Below are positions 49,197 through 59,639 of a stretch of DNA of 64,000 nt, piece by piece. The position numbers and the translations under genes are program-made. The DNA lies in the NCBI GenBank assembly GCA_038496445.1, contig JALMLS010000287.1, positions 124,001-188,000 of the forward strand, in the 5' to 3' direction. Every line of letters starts with the position of its first letter. The stretch's first letter is position 1. The notes under the pieces are model-generated. The model was given only the letters and a program-made list of their open reading frames with translations, had not been told where the DNA came from and made no database searches. The DNA comes from Trichosphaerium sp. ATCC 40318 (Eukaryota; Protista; Tubulinea).

Positions 49197-50132
49197 TTAT
49201 TTAAGTTTAACACCATCCTTAAAGATTGCCTCAGCAATCACGTTATATTGTTTATCCCATTCCTTGTACTCTCCATCAATTTTACCATTTGTAAATTTAC
49301 AACATTTAATGAGGATTCTATTGCCTTCACTATCGCTACACCATTCTTTTAATACCCCATGGATCTTACCATTCATATATTGCTTTTGATGTATTAAACC
49401 AGCATTGTACTTGAACTTTGTGTTTTCTTGTAATATTCCGTTTTTGTAAATACCTTCCTCAGTAATCATGCTTCGTAAATTCCAGAGTTTATACGGCCCA
49501 TCTAGTTTGCCATTTTTGTATGTTTTTTCATACCGCTTTACATAGGATTCCAACAAGCGCGATTTTCCGTCCAAAAAACCATTTTTGTAATTGTCAACTT
49601 TTTGAAATTCTATCCTGCCATTTGCATAGTTCTTTCTCGTCTCCTTCGCTGTACCATCAAGAAGGCCATTGACAAACTTACATTGATATGTTATCCATCC
49701 ATCTCGGTGGTAATGAACATAGTCACCATGGAGTTTACCGTCTTCATTGTAATTACATACAATCTTGACACCATGAGTGTCTTTATTTGTGTAATACACT
49801 TTGTTTTTTCCGAACTTTTTTCCTTCTTTGTAAGACAACTGCAAGCATAATCCCCAGTAATGAGTGGCATGGAAAATAATGTTGACATTTCCATCAAGCT
49901 TGCCATGTTTGTATTGGGCTGTAACATTGTAACCGGCAGTTGCAATCCAATCTTTGTTTCTGCGTGTAGAACAGTAGACCTGAATTTTAAACTTACCATG
50001 CTTTTGCAGTTTATTATCAAATCTAGATGTTGTCGCTGATTTCAAACAAAGCTCAGGCCATAGCTTTTTTACTTCAACATCTGTATCAGAAAAGAGCATA
50101 TGAACCTCAACAGGGAGATCCAAGAGCGTCAT
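49197..50132 (-). CDS. F-box-like + YwqK/MORN-variant repeat protein (family member 2)
   Basis: Intronless. MTLLDLPVEVHMLF..LWPEL..ATTSRFD..KHGK leader, then repeats YKHGKLDG, DGKLHGDYVHYHRDG, YKNGKLDGPYKLW, FTNGKIDGEYKEW. Confidence 0.88.
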   Translation of the reverse strand: MTLLDLPVEVHMLFSDTDVEVKKLWPELCLKSATTSRFDNKLQKHGKFKIQVYCSTRRNKDWIATAGYNVTAQYKHGKLDGNVNIIFHATHYWGLCLQLSYKEGKKFGKNKVYYTNKDTHGVKIVCNYNEDGKLHGDYVHYHRDGWITYQCKFVNGLLDGTAKETRKNYANGRIEFQKVDNYKNGFLDGKSRLLESYVKRYEKTYKNGKLDGPYKLWNLRSMITEEGIYKNGILQENTKFKYNAGLIHQKQYMNGKIHGVLKEWCSDSEGNRILIKCCKFTNGKIDGEYKEWDKQYNVIAEAIFKDGVKLK

Positions 50133-50177
50133 TTTACTAAAAAATCCTTTAGAGAACAAAGCCTACCTGCTTACTCA

Positions 50178-50993
50178 TCACGTGTACCTAACAGGTATAC
50201 AGTCTAGATCTACAACATCTTGTACTCTTACATATGGAAGTGGTATATAGCGTCCGGGACCTTCAAACAACCACTATCATAACGAAAAACTAATAAGTAA
50301 ATCGATACAAAGGTAAAATTAAACGCATTCAATCCTCACCTCATCTCCTTCTTTTCTGGAACACGAACCAATAGTAAAATCCTTCAAACATTGTAACTTA
50401 AGAGCCTTTCCTTTTTCTACAATTTGCAAGGGTGTAACGTCCACTTTAAGAACCTCTCCTTCGGACACAGTCAACGTTAATATTACTATAAATAGTTGTC
50501 ATGGTTTCAGACAGCCACGCACCTGGGTAGAGTGGAAAGGGGTCTTGTGAGTAGCGAACCTCTTCCTCACCTTTTCTTAGACAAAATGACCCAGACATTG
50601 ATTTCTTTAGTTGTGTTGGTGTAGGAATACGGGGAACGCAATTCAAGTCTCGGAATAGGTTCGCGTTTTCAACATTTCTAGTTAAGTAGCACACCTTTTC
50701 AAGCGCAACTTGAAAGTCCACTCTGTTTTGCGAATGATGTACTTTTATGATTTCTGTAACTACTGGGTTCTCAATGATGCAGTAGTGATCTTTGGGTATT
50801 TTAATCATTTGTTTAGGGCCACAAAGTAATTCGGTGTCCGCAGTTAACGTAATAGTCTTTGGTCCTATTTCTAGGCGTGGTATACGACTTTACAAGCGTT
50901 AGAGCTGTTTTTAGTAGTTGTCACGTACTAGCGTTTGTGTGCGACGAAAGCGTACTGAAATTCGGCTAGTATAACCTCCGTAAGCCCAGACAT
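50178..50993 (-). CDS. Truncated major vault protein-like gene (N-terminal vault repeats only)
   Basis: Three introns. Spliced: ..PRLEIGPKTITL..GPKQMIKIPKDHYCIIENPVV..GEEEVRYSQDPFPLYPGEVL..VTPLQIVEKGKALKLQCLKDF..EGDEWLFEGPGRYIP, then stop. Confidence 0.85.
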
Positions 50994-51242
50994 ACCTCAC
51001 ACAAAAACACAAAATTATGTTGGCTAACTTAAAAAGGTATTAAGTTGACAACGATTAATTGAAAGTCCAACTTTCAAAATGGAAAATATGCCACGGTTAA
51101 CGCTTTTGAGGTAACACAGTGTTGACGTTGGAAAACATAGCGTAGGTAACTAACTGAGAAGCTGTAACGAAGACTTTTATTAACCAAACATTCTCAACGT
51201 AGAGTGGCTGTCTGCAGTAACCACACGTGCGCTCGCTTCTTT

Positions 51243-52270
51243 TTACTCAACTCTTTCGCCAGAGTTGTATTGATAGTCAATAGATAAGACATGTTTACCA
51301 TCAATCTTCTTCCATACTCTCCATTGACCATGCTTCTTACCTTTTAAATAATGACCGTGAACTTTTGGTTTACCATCATTAAACCAAGCACGATAAGATC
51401 CATCAAACTTACCATTGTAGTAACTACATTCTCTTACAACTTGTGAAAACTTGAACATTTTCGAAACACCACTTAACTTCCCTTTAGCATAATTATGCTC
51501 CCACAATAATGATCCATTTCTTCTATATCCACTATGAACACCTTCTTTCATACCATTCGTAAAAACTCTATGTACCATAACAACACCATCTGCATTCCAT
51601 TTGAAATGCTCTCCTACTTTTTTCCCATTTTCGTAATTTCCTTGTACTAGAACACCCCTAGTCTCTATGTGATACCTTCTCATTGTACCATGCAATTTAC
51701 CATTAACAAATGTTGCTGTTAAGTTTGGACGATTATTATAGAAACGTTCTATATACTCACCATCCACGTGATCAGGAAATTTGCTTGTATTGTAGTGAAT
51801 CATTGTGCGTTTAATTAGACTATCAAGCATTCCTTTTCTGTTATTTTTTCTAAAGTAGCATTGAATGGGATGCCATTTTGCTCCAACACGAACATTAAAC
51901 TCACCAATAAGTGTCCATTATCAAAAGTACACTCCACTCTCTCTATGTTATAAGCGCGTGATTTTGAGCGCCTGTAATAACTTGAATGAAGTTCGCCATT
52001 TGCATACGAACACTTTAAAAGTACGTTGCCTTGTATGTCCCACGTTGTGTATGGTCCATTCAAAATATCGTTGTCAACGTGAAAAATGGTTTTAAGTGCC
52101 TTGGGGTTGTAATACCTCTCAAATTTACCCATTCGCTTCAAGTCTGTTGTGTATCTTGTTGAAATAGCTTCTTCCTTTGAGAGTATTGGCCAAATACAAC
52201 GTACGCGCGGATCGATGGCTGTTATCATATGTTTAAGCTCTCTGGGTAATGTAGCCAGCGACGCCGTCAT
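51243..52270 (-). pseudogene. F-box-like + YwqK/MORN-variant repeat gene (family member 3) with a single frameshift
   Basis: MTASLATLPRELKHMI..IWPILSK..STRY leader; repeats continue across a 1-nt shift at about 51905-51916 (FDNGH / LIGEFNV..QCYFRKNNRKG). Could be a sequencing error. Confidence 0.75.
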
Positions 52271-52707
52271 AATTACAACTACAATAACGTAAATAATGGT
52301 TGAGATAACAGAAGGATAACATACTGCTTTCGGGTTTTTGGCTAATTAAACGGGTTTATATGACCTTTCCTTGACTGCTGTCGTTGCCAACCTGCGCAGG
52401 ATTTCCTCATAAAAACTGACCGACGCCACTCAATGTGATCGCTACAACGTGGTACATTCGTAGTGCTTGTGCGATACAAGCATATTTGTACTAAGGTAAT
52501 CGTGTTCGTTGTCAATGGAAACAACACGTGATTTCTTTTGAAGTTCTAGATACATTCGATTTTCAACAAAATTCTATTTTCCGTTTGATTCAAATGTAAT
52601 GTTTTTGATTACAAAGGGATTGATACTATCTCATCATTTGTATATTTTTTTTCTATTTCTTATGGTACACTCTCTACACTCAAATGACAAAAAAAAAAAA
52701 AAAAAGT

Positions 52708-55700
52708 TTAAAACTCCCAAGTTATTCTTGTTTGCTTCTCTCCCTTTGCTTTTCTCTCCCTTGGTTCAGCTAAACAGAAACGTAAGTGTCAAGACGAAAT
52801 ATACTTTGAGCGTACGTAGAGGTTCTTCTCTGTGGTAATCAAACGGTTTTACAGGTGATGTATCTTCTTCTTGTTCTTCTTGTGGTTTTTCTTTCTTTTG
52901 TCTTTTCTTTTTCGATGGTTTTTTACGTTTCTGGCGCTTAGCAGCTTTTTTAGATAATAGAGAATCTTCTCTTTTCTTTTCTTCCCTTGTCATTAACCCA
53001 AGGTTCTTCATAAACGCAACACTTTGCTCAAAAGCATCTAGTCAAGTGAGTCAGAAATGTATTCAAAAAACAAAGGTTGGCTATGATAAACGTACCAGTG
53101 TGAGACTCTTTAGCCTTCTTTAGCGCTGGAGCAGCTTCTGATTCCATGTTCCTTTCCGATATATGAGTGGGAGTGATGGAATGACGAAAGACGTACTGGC
53201 TAGCGTGTGCTTCAGCTTTTCGTTTTTTGTCTCTGAGAACCTGTTTTCTTGACTTCCTTTGTTGCTCAAGCATCCATACATCTCCAGTCTCATCGTAGGC
53301 ATCTTGTAGTGATGGTGGTAACTTGTTCGAAGAATCTGCGTATGTTTGCTCCTTGAGGGCCATCGACTTGTCGAGATCAAGTACAAGAGTATTTGGTTTT
53401 GCAAATTTGTTCTAATTATTATTTAGCTCCATTGAATAACACCATATCTCAAATACGTACGTCACCACCAGTACTGTCAATATCCATAAACGTTGCTGGA
53501 TCAGCCTAAGAAACTTTGGTAAGCATTTTATACAATAACCAAATACTTTACCTTCACTGGTGTTAGCACTGATACATCCATGTCAGCGACTATAGCATTA
53601 GCATTACGTATAGCTTCTTCTTGCTCATAGTCGTCGCTGTTTGTTTGCTCTTCAACATCTCTAAATAGACCACCAGATAGTGGTCGTGATGTAATCATGT
53701 CCTTGTTTTCAATAGCAACGCCAATTTTTTTCTCTGTTGAGAATTATTAGAACTATTTGATAGAAAGTAGGGCGTACTCTTGTACTTGAGAAGGTCTCTG
53801 TTAATGTTTGTTGCTGTTAGGTGTAGAGAAGAAGGTGCTGGAAAGTATGTTTGTTGTTCTATTTCTTCTTGCTTAACCTCAACAAGAAGTTTGGGTTTGA
53901 CTTCAACTTTCTAACAACAAAAGTTAGTCTTAGAAGTTTTCACAACAATTTACCATTTCTACACGCCCAGCCAAGGCGTCTTTGATAATGAGTACCATCT
54001 CAAGTGCATGTACTCGTACTAATGGAGGTACAGGATTACAACAACCTAGTAATTTTACAGGACCGGTTGGTTTCATCTGATGGCATTTTTAGAATGTGAA
54101 TTTTGGAGGTCGTAGTACCTTGGCTACACGGTTGAGCTGGTGGTTTGGTAACACGTAACGTGTGCTTTCGTCTTCAGTACGAGCAACACTAAAATTAGTA
54201 AGTATAATACAGGTTCTTTATATCCTGTACCGATCACGCCAAGCATATAAAGCGGCAAAGACACGCAACTAGTAATACGATTAGAATGTGATGTAATGAT
54301 GACTGTCAGAGTACTTGTTCGTCTGTTAAGTCAAGGTTGTACTTATTGTACAAGCCTCTGTAAGCATCTAATGTGAATGCTGGCTTCTCGTATCTTTGTA
54401 AGGATACTTCAGCACTTCGCTTTATAGTTGCAGAAAGCAAGTTATTCATCTCATTACTACGACTAATCAAATCATTTCGTATCCTACACAAATCAATATG
54501 TCAATAAAATTGTTGGCGTCTGAATGTCAGTTTACCTATCATGTATGTATAGGAGGTAATGCGTATCTTCTCTTGCATATTTTTTCATCTCCTCAGGAAG
54601 AGGCCTTCACATAATATTAGATACTTACAATACTATACATTTCAGATTGCAAAGCACGTACCTGATGCGCCAATCAGCAAGCTGATACTTTTTATCAGGT
54701 ACAATATTACAGTAGTGTTTCAAAAGGAAAGCCAATGCAAAACTAGGAAAGCCTAGCACGCGACTGGCTTGACCAGTATCAAACAAGTTTACAATATAGA
54801 TACCAAAATCCCTCTAAAAACCGCAAGTTTAGACATTGCTCATACAAGTTTGACGATTAAGTTGTACCTGAAGCCATAGTATGTCCATATCTGAACCGTG
54901 CAATACCTAAGAGAGGTTTAGGATGTGTTGTTAGAAGCAACATCAGCAAGATAAGAAAGGTTACCTTCAGAATACGTGGATTTGAAAATACTTCATTTAA
55001 AATACACATTTCTTTTCTAACTTTAATAGTGTCAACAAGAAAATCTTTTTCACGCGATGAAATCTGCATTAAACACGTGAAACCCTATAGTATTATTAGC
55101 ATAACGTTGAATGTACTTAAGAAGCAATAATAACGCACTTGATACGATCTGTAAGCGTGGTGTTCCTGAAATTAAGTCAGTAAAGGTTAAACATCAAAAA
55201 ACCTCAAAATGTACCAAATCGACAGCGATCTCAGTTACTGTGTTGAGGTAATCTACCATATTTTGTAGTGACTGACTATCAGCTACCATATTAAGTTCAA
55301 CTTCTTCCAATGACGCATAAAGGGTTGGCGCTGTTTGTTCGGCACTTTGAACATTGTATCGTTTTATAAATGTGTCAATTTCGACAGCATAAGGATGAGA
55401 ATATGCCATGACAGCTTGCTCCTTTGGTTCACGCTGTACATTCACTGTATCGTATTTTAGTTTCAGTGCTAATTGTATGGTTAATCAGGATAATAATAAA
55501 AAACTAGGCGTGTGAAAAGAGAATCTTGTAAACCATCACTATCAAAACACAAAAAAGTGACACTCTCGGAATGTTCCGTGTCTGACGTACATTCGTCTAA
55601 GCCAACGATAGCGTTTGGTTTAGTGGTTATAATAGGGATAAACGGGTGGTAAGAGTTGTTAATAGTATCTCGCCATTGCTCCTGTGGTCTCTCAATATTA

Positions 55701-56422
55701 CTTCCATGGAATAAATAAAGGTCTAGCTTGCCCTAGTGCTGTTTAGAAGAAATAAAAATAATTGTAGCACGCGCTCTACAAAAAATTTCTGGGGTTGTAA
55801 ATAGCGATAAAATACGTTTGATTTACGTAGAGGTACAAGAAGAGCTGTACCTTTTTCACTTTTGTTTTTTTAATTTTTATCTTTGTCATATCGCGGTTTC
55901 CTTGTACTTCATCCGCGTACGTATCCTACGCGTGTTTTAGTATTTTTTAACGTTGTCGTTTGAAGGTTTTTCTTTCAGCGGGTTTTCCTATTACGTTAAC
56001 ATGTGCCAGTTTTCTTGCGTACCACTTCTTCAATAAGCTCGTCTATTACTTCAACGACGCTATCGAAGTTATCAATTACTTCGTCAGGATCGTCAAATGC
56101 GGTTAATTTAGGCACGTTCTCTGCAGAGGTAAAGTCCAAAAACCGTTGCATTAGGTTCAAGGACTGTTTATTTATCCCCTCCATTTTTGTTTTGTACTCT
56201 TCAAATGTTGAGCAATAACGGTGGTCTTCTTCATCTGGTAGCGTATTCGATAGTTTTGTGGTTTCTATGAGCGTTTGGAAGACAGCCTGTGCAAACTTGT
56301 CGAGTTCTTGATGTAATGGGTTGAGAATTTCATAAGGAAGCTGTTTACGCACCTAGGTACTCATCTAGGAACGGTAAGCCTCCTTCAGACAGGAGTTGAT
56401 CCAATGTTTTATCTGACGCCAT
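52708..56422 (-). CDS. RRP6: Nuclear exosome 3'-5' exonuclease RRP6/EXOSC10
   Basis: PMC2NT-like N-terminus; HPYAVEI; [25 protein letters not shown]; NLFDTGQA; [12 protein letters not shown]; [21 protein letters not shown]. Confidence 0.96.
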
Positions 56423-57541
56423 ATTATACTAACAAAATACAACTATTGTACTAAAAACATGTTCTGGTGTCCAGAAATTTTGTAGATTTGCAGAAAGCGA
56501 TCACTTAAACTTGATATTTAAGCAGCACTTTTTCTCATTTTCTTCAATATTTTGCAACAATTGTAAACCGCAAGAGGAATCCTGACACCGGGCAGCGTCC
56601 GTACTACGCAACGTCAAAGCACAGAAAGAGTACAGTCAGTTGCGAAGGAACTGTTTGTTTATTGTCGGACTGGTAGACATTAAATGGTACATTGCTTCAT
56701 AAAGCGGGTGTTTAACTGTACAAATTCGTTTTGCAATCAGCGAGCTGACACAAAGAAGCTAACTTCAGGTACGACAATACCCCGAATATGGGAATCATGA
56801 CCTGGGTAGTCCTGTGATTCGATATCAAACGTAGACATCTTCTTTTGTGTAACTGTAACGTTTGGCAATGGTCTATTTGGAGACATCATCCCCTGTTTTG
56901 CTTTTTGTTAATGTATTTTCACAAACACGTGCGAATAAAATTAAACATTTTACAAATGGGGTTACAAAATTTTGTTCGGTTACCTCTAAAAAGCTGTACA
57001 GCCGCGTCACAGCTGATTTGGCGGTTATAATTTTCTGTTTTTGCACAATTTTATCTATTGCTTCGTCTTGACAAAAGTAATACATCCCTGTGGCGTTGTC
57101 AGATGTGGACATACAGTTTATGTGGAACAACGTAACGTGTAGATGTTTGAGACAGCGCATCGATAGAGAAATAGTCTAAACGACAAAATACATCAACCAG
57201 GATCTCTTCCGGTAACTCTGTTGCATTTTAGCTACATAATCCAAAATAGCGGAGTATGTCGTACCAAACAAGTGTGGAGCTGTCATTTTCGCGCTGACTT
57301 GCCGTTGCGTTGACTGTTGGTTGTTTAAAGCTCTTGGGGTTGTGAGTTTGTCAACGTAAGCACTCTTTTTTTATGAAATTTATGATTTAGAAACTGTGCT
57401 AGCCTATACAGCGCCTGTAACTCTCTTATACTAGTACAAAAACAAAAGTGGATGCTTGATTGCACACGTTGTCTAAATACCGCCCGTTCAAAGAAATAAC
57501 TGCTAAGTTAAGTTTCCGATCAACTGTGCGGTTGAAAAGCA

Positions 57542-57977
57542 ATGGAAGCGGTTAAGGAATCGTTGAAGAAATTCGATGAGCTTGTTCCTGACTGTCACAG
57601 TCTACAACGTAAAGGTTTAGAGTGTTACAAAAAAAATCATGACGATCCGAGCGTCTGTGCGCAAGATGAAGCTGCATTTCGCCAATGCCAACAAAAAGCG
57701 CACCAGGCGTCAAGTTTAATAATGGGCAGCTGCTCAAAAGAAAATTTGCGCTACTTTGAGTGCGTGGATAGTTTGTTTGTATGAATTTAATGGTGTTTAG
57801 CTGTTCTGTAGATAAAACGCGAACAAACACTCCTTGTGTGTCTGAAATCGACGATCTGCTAGCTTGCGCCACTAATGTATGGATTGAACAACCTAATTGT
57901 TACACTTTCTGTAACTAATGCTCTACTAGGCTGTCTCTCCTGCTTATTTTGTCGGCGATTGGTCGTACCACGTTTAA
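57542..57977 (+). CDS. Mitochondrial intermembrane-space protein with four CX9C motifs (CHCHD5/Mix14-like)
   Basis: CHSLQRKGLEC, CAQDEAAFRQC, CSKENLRYFDC (across an intron) and CVSEIDDLLAC. Confidence 0.85.
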
Positions 57978-58317
57978 ACAACTGTTAAACGAAATTTTCA
58001 TTGACACTCTTGTACAACACTAAATTCTTTTACATGTATCAACATTACTTCCATTCTTGTCCACGTTTTCTGTCACGTAATTCCTAGTGATGTTAGCGGT
58101 GATGAGTATTGTAGCGTAGGACCACTAAACCAACGAAGGTAAAGAGCTAATATCAGAGGTTTTCAACATTTCGAGCAAATTGATAATCAGCAAATTCCGA
58201 ATCAAAGCATAATTGCATGGACAACTTTCATTGAAACCACGTGAGTGTCTAGTACAAAAACTGACTAAAATATCTCTTTATTAAAAGATCTCATCCGGTA
58301 TTGGTTCGTGTTTTTTC

Positions 58318-59347
58318 TCAGTATTTCTGAGCACAAGCTCGTAGGAACTCATCTAACTTTCTAAAATCTCTTGCCATCCTCTCGTCTAGATTGTAGTATG
58401 TTATAGACTCCAGAGCTAATAGTACTTTAGTATGATAAAATCATGTTAGCACTCACCCTCTACTGCACGGAAAACAACGCTACGTGATTTATGCAAGTAG
58501 AATAAATCAGGAAACTTCATTGATGCTTCAAATAAGAATACTAATGAAAATTCTAGAGATTCTTGGTACGTAGTTAGTACTACTCACAAGTCTAGGTTTT
58601 TTCTCCTTACCTCTGCGTTTTAGTGTTGTCTCTACGTGTGGTAGCAAAGCTTCAAGTGAAGATCCTGTACAAGTCAGCAGTGCGTTAGGCATTCATTCAC
58701 TTGTACTTTGGAGTTGGTGGAATTCGTCATCGCCAATCATCTGAAGTAGCTGTAGTAATTCAGCGTCAGCTCCCCTTTTATCTAGCTCTAATATCTTGTG
58801 GTGTAGAGATATACTTTCTAAAGCTGTGTTAAAAGTTGCTTACGATAGTTTACATGCTATCGAAGTCAGTGGGGCGGCTAGAAGTATCCATCATTGTTGG
58901 CAGCGATTGCTCTCTGTATAATGAGACAAGTACAAGATCTTAAACGTTTGTTTACGCGTACAATTGACGTATCGTTCGGGAATCTTCAATTTCTAGATCT
59001 GGTGGTCTGCTACCAGATACCTTCTCGAGAATCCCAGCCATCTTGTTGATGGTGACAACAGCTTTTTTTAAATTATTGTGTTGCTACTAATGTTAGAGGC
59101 AATGTTAAATCGTATTGTATTGCCTGCAAACTCCATTGATAGCTAAATGTGTTATCAAAATGTAAAGGATAAGAAAACGTACCAGTCTTCTTGATACTGG
59201 GCTAGCTGCTTATTCTGCTGTTTGATAGCTTCTATGAGTTAATGGGTATTGTTGTAGAATAGACTCACAAGTAAGCAAACTCAATATCTGCTTTATATCA
59301 TCGTTATCGGTCGATTGTGTATGCGAATCTTCATGAGGGGATGTCAT
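58318..59347 (-). CDS. Uncharacterised multi-exon helical protein
   Basis: Exons with splice signals: IKQILSLLTSIKQQNKQLAQYQEDW, HKILELDKRGADAELLQLLQ, LVFLFEASMKFPDLF, ..DEFLRACAQKY*. Confidence 0.6.
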
Positions 59348-59639
59348 GGTTTTATTCATGTATAAATTTGAGGTTGACGCGTAAAGGTAACAAATTGGTA
59401 ACATAGCACGTGAAAAACATTTTCTAGTTTAGCCGTTCTTTTCTCTACGGCTGGTTTAGTGGTTTTCTGGGCGTAGTGCTAGCAAAGAAAAACGATAGTG
59501 CTCTGCAGACCTGCTGGCGGTTTTTTACAAGGATACATAATGTACTGGTGGCATTGTGAATGCATAAGGTCAGCATAAGTATTAATCTTGAAAACAACAA
59601 GTGTATTTAAGCGCTGTAGCATTGCTCACTCAGATATTG

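Noticed and set aside
50175-50180. TGA TGA after mini-MVP as selenocysteine or readthrough into the F-box gene
   Set aside because: No SECIS recognised. The frame meets another stop shortly after, and the tested splice options do not fuse the ORFs in frame.
49197-52270. Endogenous giant-virus insertion
   Set aside because: No viral hallmark genes (capsid, PolB, packaging ATPase); the family copies are scattered among intron-rich host genes.
56845-57160. ORFs between RRP6 and the CX9C gene
   Set aside because: No recognisable motif or consistent exon chain; a small orphan gene cannot be excluded.
59210-59212. In-frame TAA suggesting stop-codon reassignment
   Set aside because: Resolved by an intron (GTGAGT...AAG) that shifts the frame; TAA terminates many conserved genes here.
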